Assembly (NCBI GenBank): GCA_951406725.2
Contig: OX597826.1
Span: 11,904,001 to 11,968,000 of the forward strand
Direction: 5' to 3'
DNA length: 64,000 nt
From: Octopus vulgaris
Taxonomy: Eukaryota
Below the pieces are notes generated by a model that was not told where the DNA came from, ran no database searches, and worked only from the letters and a program-made list of their open reading frames with translations. Below are positions 1 to 12,003 of the stretch, piece by piece. Both the position numbers and the translations under genes were made by a program. Every line of letters starts with the position of its first letter. Position 1 is the first letter of the stretch.

Positions 1-523
1 CACTTTTGTATTTGATTTGTTAGATACTTGATGTGAATTTGCGCGTTGAGGTCGATTGCTGTGCTACCAATAAAACACAAGCACAGATTGTGTATAACTT
101 CTGTTAATTAGCAATTAACAAATTAATTAATTAAATAATTACTGAATCACTCAGTTAATTATTTGTTTCTCAACGTCCTTTCCTCATACCCTTTAAACAT
201 ATCAATGATGTGTTTCTCACTCATACTCTCTGCTTTACACTCACTCTTTGCTCCGTGTGATTTTCAGGAAAAGAAATAGTGAAATTCTTCTGTTTTGGTA
301 TTTGTACCGTATAAACTATTTGTGTGAGTGTATATGTGTGTGTGCATGCATGTGTGTGAGTGTGCACGCGTGCATACTTTTGTGAGTGAATAATTATAAT
401 CAGGGTTGTAAGAATGGTAAGAGTTTCAGTGCGCATGTGCGAATTTTGTTATCTTCTTTCAATTGCTTTACTTTTCGCTCTCATGATTAAATTTATTATT
501 ATGTTTGCACAGATGTCACAATG

Positions 524-780
<257 letters not shown>

Positions 781-1007
781 TTGGGGAATACAATTCCAAA
801 CTTACAGGGAAAAATTCAATTTACCAATACTAAATCAAATTTCACAATATATAATATATGTATTTAATTGAGAGAAATATGTAAAATTATTATCATTTTT
901 GCCAATAGGAAGACACATATTACAGAGCCTACAAAATTGTTCTTTAATTCTCTATTTCCATCTTCTCAATTTGTTATATTTTGTATTACAATATTTTCGT
1001 GCTTCTA

Positions 1008-1266
1008 AGGCGGCGAGCTGGCAGAAACGTTAGCACGCCGAGCGAAATGCGTAGCCGTATTTCGTCTGCCGCTACGTTCTGAGTTCAAATTCCACCGAGG
1101 TCGACTTTGCATTTCATCCTTTCGGGGTGGATAAATTAAGTACCAGTTACGCACTGGTGTCGATATAATCGACTTAATCCGTTTGTCTGTCCTTGGTCGT
1201 CCCCTCTGTGTTTAGCCCCTTGTGGGTAATAAGGAAATAGGTATTTCGTCTGCCGTTACGTTCTGA

Positions 1267-1270
<4 letters not shown>
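1008..1270 (+). mobile_element. tRNA-derived SINE, family A (Meta-domain-like core), followed by a partial second unit
   Basis: Head GGCGGCGAGCTGGCAGAAACGTTAGC, B-box GAGTTCAAATTCC, core TTTCATCCTTTCGGGG...AAGTACCAG; about 10 related copies in the window. Confidence 0.9.
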
Positions 1271-1307
<37 letters not shown>

Positions 1308-1335
1308 ACAGGTGTGTTTGTGTAGATGCCCGTGG

Positions 1336-1620
1336 GCATATGGCGCAGTGGTTAAGAGCGCGGGCTACTAACACCAAGATTCTGAGTTCGATTCCAAGCA
1401 GTGACCTGAACAATAACAATAAAAATAATAATAACATCGAAAAATACCTTAGGAATGAGGACCCAGGTTCGAAATTTCCCCAAGATAGCTGAAGAAGGCT
1501 GTGGAGGGTTTATCAGTAGAAACGTTGTGTTAACAACAAACAAGATGAGGACAAATGTCCGTCGAATGTAAATAATGTAAATAATGTACATAATTCCTCA
1601 TCTCTTAAATATAGAACTGC
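1336..1620 (+). mobile_element. tRNA-headed SINE-like element with an internal hammerhead-like motif
   Basis: A-box TGGCGCAGTGG, B-box GAGTTCGATTCC, then CTGAAGA (1489-1495) A GGCTG...CAGTA GAAACGTT (1519-1526). Confidence 0.6.
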
Positions 1621-2131
1621 ATACATATATGTGTATAGTATGCATGCACATACTACAATTTCTGTAAATCGATCATAACGTATACGGTCTATATATTTGC
1701 GGGTAAGCTGCAATTTGGTGTGATGGAGTATAATCTCTCAAAGCGACGGGTGTTAAAACATTATGTATATGTGGTCGATAGAGTTTACTACACTAGCACT
1801 GTTTCTATTTTACGTTTAAATTTATTCTTATGAATGCATATGATTTGTAGACTGGCCAAGTAATTCATCTCCGATCCATTACGTGTCCGTGATGTTGGTA
1901 AGTCACAGAATTGGCGAAACATCGATGTTTATCATTACAGGATGGTATTGAAGTTGGGTAATCTCGCCAGTCTATGACTTTCATGTATTTTAACATCCAG
2001 CTCTTTGAGAGTGAGTATTCTCTACCACATCACTTCGCAGCCGACCGACAAATACACCGGACGTTTGCGTTAAGTTTACGTGGTCGATAACGTTGATTAT
2101 TCTAGCGCTGCTTCCATTTCATATTTGAATA

Positions 2132-3025
2132 TCAGGCTGAGTAAAAGGTAAGCAACGTTTTGAAAGATGAAATTCCTCACAATGTATTTCAAGAATGCAG
2201 AAATTTTATTCATCAAAGTAAGTAACATTACAATCAACATATTTTTACCAGCGAGTAACAAGTTTGTTTATTCTGCTAACATAAAAATGCTGGAGTTCTG
2301 GAGCTGATGAATTCTTTGAACGCACTTTCAGCACCGTTTTAATTTTTCAACTCCTTCTTCCGCAGGGAACCATCAAGGTGCTTGAAAAAGTGGTAGCTGG
2401 TGGGAGAAAAGTCTTGTAAATAAGCTGGGTGAGGAAGAATGTAGCCAAGTTCTCTCAACTTATGGAGCATCATTAGTGAAACGCGTGGTCAAGCATTGTC
2501 ATGAAAAAGGATTGGTCCTCTCTTGTTGACCAGTCTGGGACGGAGAAGTAGTAGATTTTTGTAACAGTCTTTCGTAGCTGGCGAAGGAATAGCAGATTTT
2601 TGGCTAACTTGAAGTTCTTTTGCCAGTTCTAGAGTGGTTTTACGCTGGTCTTTCTCAATGACGGTCTTTAATTGACCGTCATCGATGTCAGAAGGGCGTC
2701 AACTACTCTCACGATCATCAAGACTCGGTCTGCACTGTAAAATCGTTTAAACCATTTTCGAGCTGATTACTCACTGGTCATTTCCTCACCAAAGGTTTCG
2801 TTGATATCGCGAGCAGTTTCAGCTGCTTTACGTCCTTTTTTGAAGTTGAATAACAAAGTTGGCAGAATATTACGCTCTGGCAGTTCCATTTCAGCGGATT
2901 GTAACAATCGGGAAAAAATATCAATGTTAATTTATTGATGCATTTGGGTAAGTATGTGTCAAAACTCTGCAAAAATCCGATACAAATTCTTCATGTTCCA
3001 AAACGTTGCTTACTTTTTACTCAAC

Positions 3026-3029
<4 letters not shown>
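2132..3029 (-). mobile_element. Internally deleted, decayed mariner DNA transposon
   Basis: About 30 bp TIRs (TCAGGCTGAGTAAAAGGTAAGCAACGTTTTG / CAAAACGTTGCTTACTTTTTACTCAACCTGA) flanked by TA; minus-strand remnants FHDNA*PRV and HPAYLQDFSPTSYHFFKHL match mariner HDNARPH and HPPYSPDLAPSDYHLF. Confidence 0.92.
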
Positions 3030-3369
<340 letters not shown>

Positions 3370-3799
3370 AAAATTCCCTGCTGATGTTGTTGAAATTCCA
3401 ATGAAGGAGATTCGGATCTAGGTTAGAAACCGGCTCTTTCTCTATTGGCAAGAAATCTTGAATTAAAGCCGAATAATGACATACGTACATACAAACTTAC
3501 ATACATACATACGTGCACACAGTCACACATACACACATATAGTTATGGTATATTCTCTAAAGATCGTAGTAGAGTACAGTATAGAGCTCGTCCACCTTGA
3601 GATTTACCTTGTGCTATCCTGTAGTAGTAGTAGTAGTATCCGTACTCATAATTCAGGGAAATAGTTCTATAATCAAATACCAGCACACTTGGAGAACTTC
3701 GTTGCATCGAAACAGCTGTAGTGATTAAAAATAAATGTCCAAACATACCTCTTCATTTTGACTCCAATTTTGACAATTATATGTATAATTGGCAAGTGG

Positions 3800-4090
3800 C
3801 TTTCAGTTGATCTGATCAGCGGAACAGTCTGCTCGTGAAATTAACGTGCAAGTGGCTAAGCACTCCAAAGGCACGTGCAGCCTTAATGTAGATCTCGGTG
3901 AGATTCACAGTGAAACAAGCTGCAATAGGCTGTCGCTTTGAATTACATGTGCAGTACATATTTGTCAGCTGAGCAGACTAGACCAAGGTGAAATAACGTG
4001 TCGTGCTGAAGGACACAACTCACCGCTGGGAATCGAACTCACGACCAAACAATCGTGAGCCGAATATCCTAAAGCCCTAACACACGCACC
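3800..4090 (-). mobile_element. Old tRNA-derived SINE with family C-like head and family D-like tail
   Basis: Reverse complement has B-box GAGTTCGATTCC and TGTGTCCTTCAGCACGACAC; tail CTGCTCGTGAAATTAACGTG is shared with 4857-5242. Confidence 0.7.
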
Positions 4091-4092
4091 TT

Positions 4093-4123
<31 letters not shown>

Positions 4124-4218
4124 GCACACACACTCACACACACACACAGATGCACACACACACACATATATATATGTAATGGAAAAATTAATTTATATAT
4201 ATATGTGTGTGTGTGTGT

Positions 4219-4463
4219 GGAGGCGCGTGGCTTAGTGGTGTTGAACTCATGATCGTAAGGTTGTGGTTTCGATTCCTGGACCGGGTGATGCGTTGTGTTC
4301 TTCAGCAAAACACTTCATTTCACGTTGCTCCAGTCCACTCACCTGGCAAAAATGAATAACGCTGTGATGGACTGGCGTCCCTCCAGCTTCGGAACACACA
4401 CGCCATTGAAACCGGGAAACCGGGCCCATGAGCCTGGCTAGGCTTTAAAAGAGCGCATTTATT

Positions 4464-4467
<4 letters not shown>
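4219..4467 (+). mobile_element. tRNA-derived SINE, family C (CORE/V-domain-like)
   Basis: A-box TGGCTTAGTGG, B-box GGTTTCGATTCC, TGTGTTCTTCAGCAAAACACTT, GATGGACTGGCGTCC, (TTTA)n tail. Confidence 0.8.
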
Positions 4468-4502
<35 letters not shown>

Positions 4503-4856
4503 GGAAAAATTCAGTTGTTACTAATATGACTAAGGATGCCAAGGCACCTATATTCCTAGAAATAAGAGTTAAAATATTCTTAATGCAGTAGGAGGAGCGA
4601 AAAATGTACTTTCACAAGGGAGGTAACCGCCACATGACTGACTTGAGGTTCTCCAGTCCAGATCTAGTTTCGCCTCTGACTGTAGGCTTCATCGTAAGGA
4701 CTGCTCAAGCGGTACATGATCGGTTAACTTCCTCCGGCAGCATATATGTATTTACCGTATAAATTTATGGATGATTTAGCGAAATACTAATGCGTATACT
4801 AAAATTAATATAAGCGGCCAGGCGCAATGTGATACCATAAAGTAAAAGTTCAGTGT

Positions 4857-5242
4857 GGATGGAAGCACTCCGTCGGTTACGACGATGAGGGTTCCGGTTG
4901 ATCCGAATCAACAGAACAGCCTGCTCGTGAAATTAACGTGTAAGTGACTGAGCACTCCACAGACACGTGCACCCTTAACGTAGTTCTCGGGGATATTCAG
5001 CGTGACACAGAGAGTGACAAGGCCGGCCCCTTGAAATACAGGTACAACAGAAACAGGAAGTAAGAGAAAGTTGTGGTGAAAGAGTACAGCAGGGGTCACC
5101 ACCATCCCCTGCCGGAGCCTCGTGGAGCTTTAGTAGGTGTTTTCGCTCAATAAACACTCACAACGCCCAGTCTGGGAATCGAAACCGCGATCCTATGACC
5201 GCGAGTCCGCTGCCCTAACCACTGGGCCATTGCGTCTCCACT
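4857..5242 (-). mobile_element. tRNA-derived SINE, family D, full length with 12 bp target-site duplication
   Basis: Minus-strand head TGGCCCAGTGGTTAGG...GGTTTCGATTCC; TSD AAAGTTCAGTGT at 4845-4856 and 5243-5254. Confidence 0.92.
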
Positions 5243-5804
5243 AAAGTTCAGTGTATGACTATATGTATATATAAGTGTTAATATCAATCAGTGAGATGTG
5301 TGCTCAAAACCGTATTGCTGGATTATTATTCTTTATTTGAAGGTTACTATTGGTTTTATGTAAGAGATGTATATCTCTTAACAATTATCAAGTCTTCCAA
5401 ACGAACACCAACGTTCCATACAATAGACTTAATAATTCTTTACAGACATACCTCTATTAAGATGGTACCAATGGTAGCCAGATTAACTCACAAATAAAGA
5501 AAACCGTTGTCATTATACCTACATTCATTACATGATCATAAATAACAATAATTAAGAATATATACTTACATGCCTTTGTTTTATACGAAATTTCATAGGA
5601 TTCTGTAAATCTTTGATATTTTGGAAATCTATGTTATTTGACTTGATTGTATTAGTGACGTATTTTCCAATTCCACACGATTTCATATTACTTTGTCTGA
5701 AAATATATAATGTTCTAGAAAATTAAGTCGAAGTGACTCACCATTAATTTAAAATCAATTTTCGCTGCGATATGTAGAAGCATAAAATCATGGTCTAAAT
5801 TGTT

Positions 5805-6005
5805 CACATTTTGTACTTGTCTTAGACATTGAGCTGTAGCCGTGTTGTATAACGTCGTCAAGTGTTTTTAGTGGCTGAAATAAATCCCTGTCTTCGTTTT
5901 AAATCTAGAGCTCATTCTATCGCTCACTTATTTGCAGGCTCGTTAATTTACAGAGACATAAACAAACTTACAGCGGTTAGAGACGAACACCAACACGAAC
6001 ACACA
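5805..6005 (-). mobile_element. Highly diverged family B SINE 3' half
   Basis: Degenerate match to the family B tail. Confidence 0.5.
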
Positions 6006-6009
6006 AACG

Positions 6010-6343
<334 letters not shown>

Positions 6344-6786
6344 TTTATTTCAGTCACTTTCGACTACAGCCATGCTAGGGCACCGCCTTAAAGGGTTTTA
6401 GTTGAAGAAATCAACCCCAGGATTAATTTTTTAAAGCTTCGTTTTTACTCGATTAGTCTTTTCCCGAACCGTTGAGTTACGGAGACGTAAACTCACCAAC
6501 ACCGGTAGTCGGGTACCGGTGAGGAGAAACACAGACACAAAGACAGAAAGACAGACAGACAGACAGATACCCACCCCACCCACACACACACAGACGCACA
6601 CTATCTCTCGTGCACAAACATGCATACGACGGGCTTCTTTCAGTTTCCGCCCACCAAATTCACTCACAAACAGTTGTTCGAGCCGAGGCTATAATAGAAG
6701 ACATTTGTCCAAGGTGCCACGCAGTAGGACTGAATTCGGAACCATGTGATTGAGAACCTCGCTTCTTATTACACAGCCATGCCTGC

Positions 6787-6789
<3 letters not shown>
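6344..6789 (-). mobile_element. tRNA-derived SINE, family B (CORE-like, internal microsatellite)
   Basis: Reverse complement of the family B pattern seen at 11768. Confidence 0.88.
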
Positions 6790-6869
<80 letters not shown>

Positions 6870-6882
6870 CATATATATATAT

Positions 6883-7004
6883 TGGCTTGCTCGCTTAGTC
6901 AGTGAGGTGGCGTCATTTGAAGGTTAAAACAATGCGAAGCGCATTGTAACCAGCGATGTGTAGCAACATCTGATAGCCTGGTCGGTCACGGTGATCACGG
7001 TGAT
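6883..7004 (+). mobile_element. Short retroposon 3' end inserted in (TA)n
   Basis: Closely similar copy at 31957-32073; ends CTGGTCGGTCACGGTGATCACGGTGA; both copies are embedded in TA tracts. Confidence 0.75.
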
Positions 7005-7157
7005 ATATATATGTATGTATGTATATGTATGTATGTTTGTATGTATGTGTGTATGTATGTATGCATGTATGTATGTATGCATGTATGTATGTATGTGTAT
7101 GTATGTATGTATGTATGTATGTATGTATGTATGTATGTATGTATGTATATGTATATA

Positions 7158-8010
7158 CAGGGTGCAGTGGACTATAGTGTAAATTACGCAAAAATGAAAA
7201 TAACACTGACATCTCATTTTAATAGATGTGTTTACCACAATTACATAAAGATAACTTGAAATATTGAAGAGTAAATTTATTCAATAAAATCGCAATTGGC
7301 TTCAACCACGACCTCCAGACGAGTTCGGTATCTCCTGCAACTCTTCTGAACAGTCTCCTTGTTTGAGTTGGTGACTGCTGCCATAATCCTTGCCTTCGGT
7401 TCATTTTTGGTGTTACAATGAGCTTTGTCAGTTTCTCGCTCAACTGTGCCCGACACTTTATAATCAAGGGGGTTGAAGTCTGGGGATTTTTACGTGGCCA
7501 AATGTTAGGGGTGATGTGGTGACTGAAATTGTCTGACAGCTATGACTGGGTTCTCCTGGGTGTGTAGCATGGTGCAGAGTCCTGTTGCCAGACATAGGGT
7601 CTTCTAGCAGTCACTCTCTTGATTCAGAGCAGTACTACCTCCTCCAGGCACCTGATGCAGGCCTCTGTGTTGAGTCTGAGGCCTTGTGGGAAGATGAATG
7701 GAGGCATAACGTTACCATTACTAGTGATCACTCAAAACGCCATGATGTTGACTGGATGTTTGAATTTTATCAGTCTCGGTACATGTCATCCGATTGCATT
7801 GTTCTTAGATTGAAACAGAAACACTCTGAAATGTTCGTATCAAAGCTTCCGGCGCAAATGCCAAGCAGTGCAGCATGTTGTTTGCAAAATTTCTGGTGTT
7901 GTTTTACTCACAGGCGGTGCCCAACCGATCCTACTACACTGCGTAGTTCACAAATGCGCATGCGCAAAATTAGATATATTAAATGGCAACAATTTATCCA
8001 TCGCAACCTG
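7158..8010 (-). mobile_element. Decayed Tc1/mariner superfamily element (maT/DD37D-like)
   Basis: Minus strand KFKHPVNIM...GNVMPPFIFPQGLRLN...RPYVWQQDSAPCYT...NIWP followed by a frameshifted SPDFNPLDY-like motif; imperfect TIRs TA-CAGGGTGCAGTGGA / TCCATCGCAACCTG-TA. Confidence 0.85.
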
Positions 8011-8012
8011 TA

Positions 8013-8103
<91 letters not shown>

Positions 8104-8208
8104 GTATGTGTATGTATATGTATGTAGCTGAAATCGCGAGGATGATCCGGTTCTTGACTGAAGATTAAAGGCTTCGAATGACCAGTCCGTGATTTTTGTC
8201 CCATTTTG

Positions 8209-8254
<46 letters not shown>

Positions 8255-8256
<2 letters not shown>

Positions 8257-8412
8257 AAATTTATTGAAAAACAAAAGACAGGTGTATGAACAAGCAAATG
8301 AATTAGTTTGAGGCTCGGGTAAAATGAAAAAGAGTTTTACTTTTCGAGCCTACGCTCTTAACAGAAAGGAATAAAAAGAAATAAACAGAGAGTGAATGAA
8401 TAAAACGTGTAA
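8255..8412 (-). mobile_element. Penelope-like terminal fragment with degenerate hammerhead-like motif
   Basis: Inverted, diverged copy of 9676-9853 (AAGAGCGTAGGCTCGAAA shared). Confidence 0.55.
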
Positions 8413-8419
8413 TACATAA

Positions 8420-8935
8420 ATACATAGAAGCATACATACATACAAACATAGGTGCATACATACATGCATACACACATATATACACACATACATAATACAT
8501 ACATACACATACATACATACATACATACATATATACATACATACATACATACATACATACATACATACATACATACATACATGCATGCATACATACATAC
8601 ATACATACATACATACATACATAAATACATACATACATACATACATACATACACACATACATACATACATATATACATACATACATACATACACACATAA
8701 ATACATGCATACATATACATACATACATACATACATACATACATACATACATACATGCATGCATACATACATACATACAGACATACATACATGCATACAT
8801 GCATGCATACATACATACATACATACATACATACATACATACATACATACATACATACATACATACATACATACATACATACATGCATGCATACATACAT
8901 ACATACAGACATACATACGTACATACATACATATA
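8420..8935. repeat. (CATA)n microsatellite
   Basis: About 500 bp directly visible. Confidence 0.95.
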
Positions 8936-9675
8936 GTCATATGTATGTACTGAAAAGTTACTATTTCGAAAGAAGTAGTTATGCTTTGCTTAGAATTCCA
9001 TGTTAATTCACGGATGTCAAACTTCCAATCCGGCATTAAACATAATTCATCCTCGGATTATCGTCAGTATCAGAAACATTTCAGTAGATTACAGATTATA
9101 TATCCAAGGGAAGTGAGCGATCACTTGGAATTATACTATTCTTCATTTACATGTATGTGTGAATGAGTGGAAGAGAATAGGTGCGTGGTCCTTTTCTGAC
9201 AATAAGTTCTTACTCCATTTAACTTTGGTAACTGCATACATTCTCTGATATCGAAAATTTACGAGCCAACTTTAATGTTTGTTCTTAGACTCTCTGATTG
9301 TACTTAAAACCAACCTCTCTCTTCTTTTTCTCTTTTTCTCACCATTAAAATTGAAGTAGTTAAAATTCCACTTGTAGTTCTCAACTTTTATCTTCTTATC
9401 GCTAATGTTGGTAAATACAGAATAGACGAAATCATGGTTTTCCGCTGATGAGTTGACGTTATAAGATAATTATATTACCGTCTCTGTATCAATTACCGCC
9501 TAGCATGTCAGTGTGCACTAGTGAATCACGTGTAAATATTATGTATATTATTTTGTTAAAATGAAAGAATTTCACAACCGAAATTCTATTGTGTGTGCGT
9601 ATATATATATATATATATAAACACCACGACGTCAAAAACCTTTGAACTTTACGTAAAATCAGTCGCCATGATAGA

Positions 9676-9853
9676 TCGTTAGCCATTACACACATTTTTT
9701 CTCTCCTTGTTTTTTTCTGTGTCCTTTTCTGTAGAAGAGCGTAGGCTCGAAACGTAAAAGACTTCTTCTATTCCTGAGCGTTATACTAATATATCTGTTT
9801 GTTTTGTACACCACCTGTCTTCGTCTTTTGTTTTTTTTTCCGTAAACTCTCCC
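9676..9853 (+). mobile_element. Penelope-like terminal fragment with degenerate hammerhead-like motif
   Basis: CTGTAGA A GAGC-GTAG-GCTC GAAACGTA AAAGAC at 9729-9762; TA tracts nearby on both sides. Confidence 0.55.
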
Positions 9854-9973
9854 TATATATATATATATATATATATACCTTTTATATCACCACTGCCTGA
9901 CGAACGGGAATGTGAAACGCTGCGTAACAGTACAGTTCTGTGACAATTTTAATGCTTTAATAAAAGGAATATT

Positions 9974-10490
9974 AAGGCGGCGAACTGGCAGAGGCGTTAG
10001 CAAGCCGGGCGAAATGCTTAGCAGTATTTCGTCTGTCTTCACGTTCTGAGTTAAAATTCCGCCGAGGTCGACTTTGCCTTTTAATCCTTTAAGGCAGTGA
10101 GCTAGCAGAAACTTTATCACGCCGGGCGAAATGCGTAGCCATATTTCGTCTGCCGTTACGTTCTGAGTTCAAATTCCGCCGAGGTCGAGTTTGCCTTTCA
10201 TCTTTTCGTGGTCGATTTAATAAGTACCAGTTACGTACTGGGGTCGATGTAATCAACTTAATCTGTTTGTCTGTCCTTGTTTGTCCCCTCTGTGTTTAGC
10301 CCCTTGTGGGTAGTAAAGAAATAGATATTTCGTCTGTCTTTATGTTCTGAGTTCAAATTCCGCCGTGGTCGACTTTGCCTTTCCTCCTTTCGGGGTCGAT
10401 AAATTAAGTGCCAGTTGTGTACAGTGGTCGATCTAATCGACTGGCCCCCTCCCGAAAAATTTCTGGCCTTGTGCCTAGAGAAGAAAAGAA
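9974..10490 (+). mobile_element. Family A SINE multimer (truncated unit plus dimeric element)
   Basis: Three occurrences of TATTTCGTCTG...TTCTGAGTT...TTCCGCCG; two different tails. Confidence 0.9.
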
Positions 10491-10699
10491 TAAAAAGAAT
10501 ATTACTCTATCTTAGGTATTCGAATACAATTTTTGACCTCGTCTTGCACTTACGTGCTTAGTTGTATATACCAGTCGTGATATTAAAAGCTATATATAAA
10601 AGTAATATTTAAACTTTCCCATAGATAAAACCAACTCCTTTATAACACGTTTACAATAGAGGTCCTATAATTTCGATAGAGTTAAAGGTAAGCATGTCA

Positions 10700-11750
10700 G
10701 CAATGAGATTGACATAAAGTGTGGATTTAAACCTCACAAGAATCAACCCTACAACCCTCAACTTGTAAATTTCGGAGAAGAACTGTGGAACGGTTTTAGA
10801 AATATTAAATTCCACAGATATCCTTTAAGAAGGAATGAACATTTTAGAAAACTACAGCTCTTGCCTAAGGAAGAGAAAAATAAGTCAGACATTCTTGTCC
10901 ATTCATACAAGAGTTGTAATCTTTATAATTTAGATTTTAACTCTTATAACTCTTTTATTAAGGAGGAACTTGTAAAGGACTGTATGATTACTTCTAAGAC
11001 TAAATTATTCTCTGTATTTTTTGTCTTTATTCAGTAACTATTATTTCCTATTTGCTTTTATCTAAAAATCAAAGGAAACGACTACTATTCCCTTCAAACT
11101 TTGCTTTTGTGACCTGGACGTCAATGTCTTGAAACTGACTTATTTTCCATTGCATTTTGAACAGATTCAGCACTGAGATGCCGAAACAGAAGTCACTAGA
11201 AGTTTCTGGAAGTTTCAAGAATTTTCGGGAAGTTTCTAAAAGCTTCAGGAATTTCTAGAACGTTCTGACAACCTAGATGGAGGTATAGATACTGGGATCG
11301 TAAGCTCAACAGTTAAGTTTATTTCTAGCTGTCCAGGTGGAGACAAGTGGACAAAAGCAAAGTTTGAGGGAAATTTTAGCCATTTTTCATATATTCTAGG
11401 GGTAAGCTAATAGGAAATAACATTTGTTTCGCAACGACAAAAGTCACGTTACACAGTGCAATATTACCACTGCAGGAAAAGATATAGTGAAAAGATTACA
11501 AGTGGATGACAGGATTGAACCATATATTTCTATAAAACCAAGAGTAACTTTGAAGGATCACAAGCACAACTTCGTAACTGAATTTACAGTTATACTGAAA
11601 TGTCCTTCAAAATCAGACACAGGTAAAAAGTAGTTAGTTGATTGTTAATAAATATATACATAAACAAGTAATAGAATTAGATCGATGATTCAGTTCTTTT
11701 GAAATCATTAAATGGTTTAAAGAAATTTAGAAACAGTTTAAAGAAATTTA
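10700..11750 (+). mobile_element. Decayed Penelope-like element reverse transcriptase fragment, interrupted by a MITE
   Basis: GFKPHKNQPYNPQLVNFGEELWNGFRNIKFH (about 10723) and IVKRLQVDDRIEPYISIKPRVTLKDHKHNF...CPSKSDTGK (11424-11633) resemble PLE RT N-terminal motifs (LDDRI...ITLKDHK.NF...INP.KS.IG). Confidence 0.7.
11041..11420. mobile_element. MITE with about 80 bp imperfect terminal inverted repeats
   Basis: TTATTTCCTATT...TCAAACTTTGCTTTTGT...CCTGGAC at left; reverse complement GTCCAGG...ACAAAAGCAAAGTTTGA...AATAGGAAATAA at right. Confidence 0.75.
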
Positions 11751-11767
11751 GAAACACTGCCACTATA

Positions 11768-11956
11768 GGCGCAGGAGTGGCTGTGTGGTAAGTAGCTTGC
11801 TAACTAACAACATGGTTCAGGGTTCAGTCCCACTGCGTGGCATCTTGGGCAAGTGTCTTCTGCTATAGCCTCGGGACGACCAAAGCCTTGTGAGTGGATT
11901 TGGTAGACGGAAACTGAAAGAAGCCCGTCATATATATGTATATATATATATACATA

Positions 11957-12003
<47 letters not shown>

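Larger units (their letters stand above)
3600..5800 (-). pseudogene. Candidate decayed adhesion/secretin-class GPCR (GAIN/GPS/TM1-TM4-like remnants) interrupted by SINEs
   Basis: Open AG/GT-bounded segment 5696-5570 encodes QSNMKSCGIGKYVTNTIKSNNIDFQNIKDLQNPMKFRIKQRH; downstream frameshifted ICE/NLATIGTILIE with GT donor, ILTLIYIVIH*, AYINFSIRISIS, GMFGHLFLITTAVSM, PSVLVFDYRTISLNYEYG. Motif resemblance by eye only. Confidence 0.3.

Noticed and set aside
3370-3478. Hammerhead-like ends here and at 8150, 26300 and 43880
   Set aside because: GAAAC or CTGAAGA is present but the other core half and stems are too degenerate to call.
5170-5242. Bona fide tRNA genes here and at 1336 and 24251
   Set aside because: A and B boxes are present but there is no convincing acceptor stem; they are SINE heads.
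5805-5880. Extra minus-strand exon starting at a TTTCAG acceptor
   Set aside because: The sequence is better explained as a decayed SINE B tail and contains stops.
7585-8127. 180 aa plus-strand ORF
   Set aside because: Antisense to the decayed transposase and ends in a microsatellite.
9426-9460. Hammerhead from GACGAAA...CTGATGAG
   Set aside because: There is not enough sequence to form stems I and III; likely chance.
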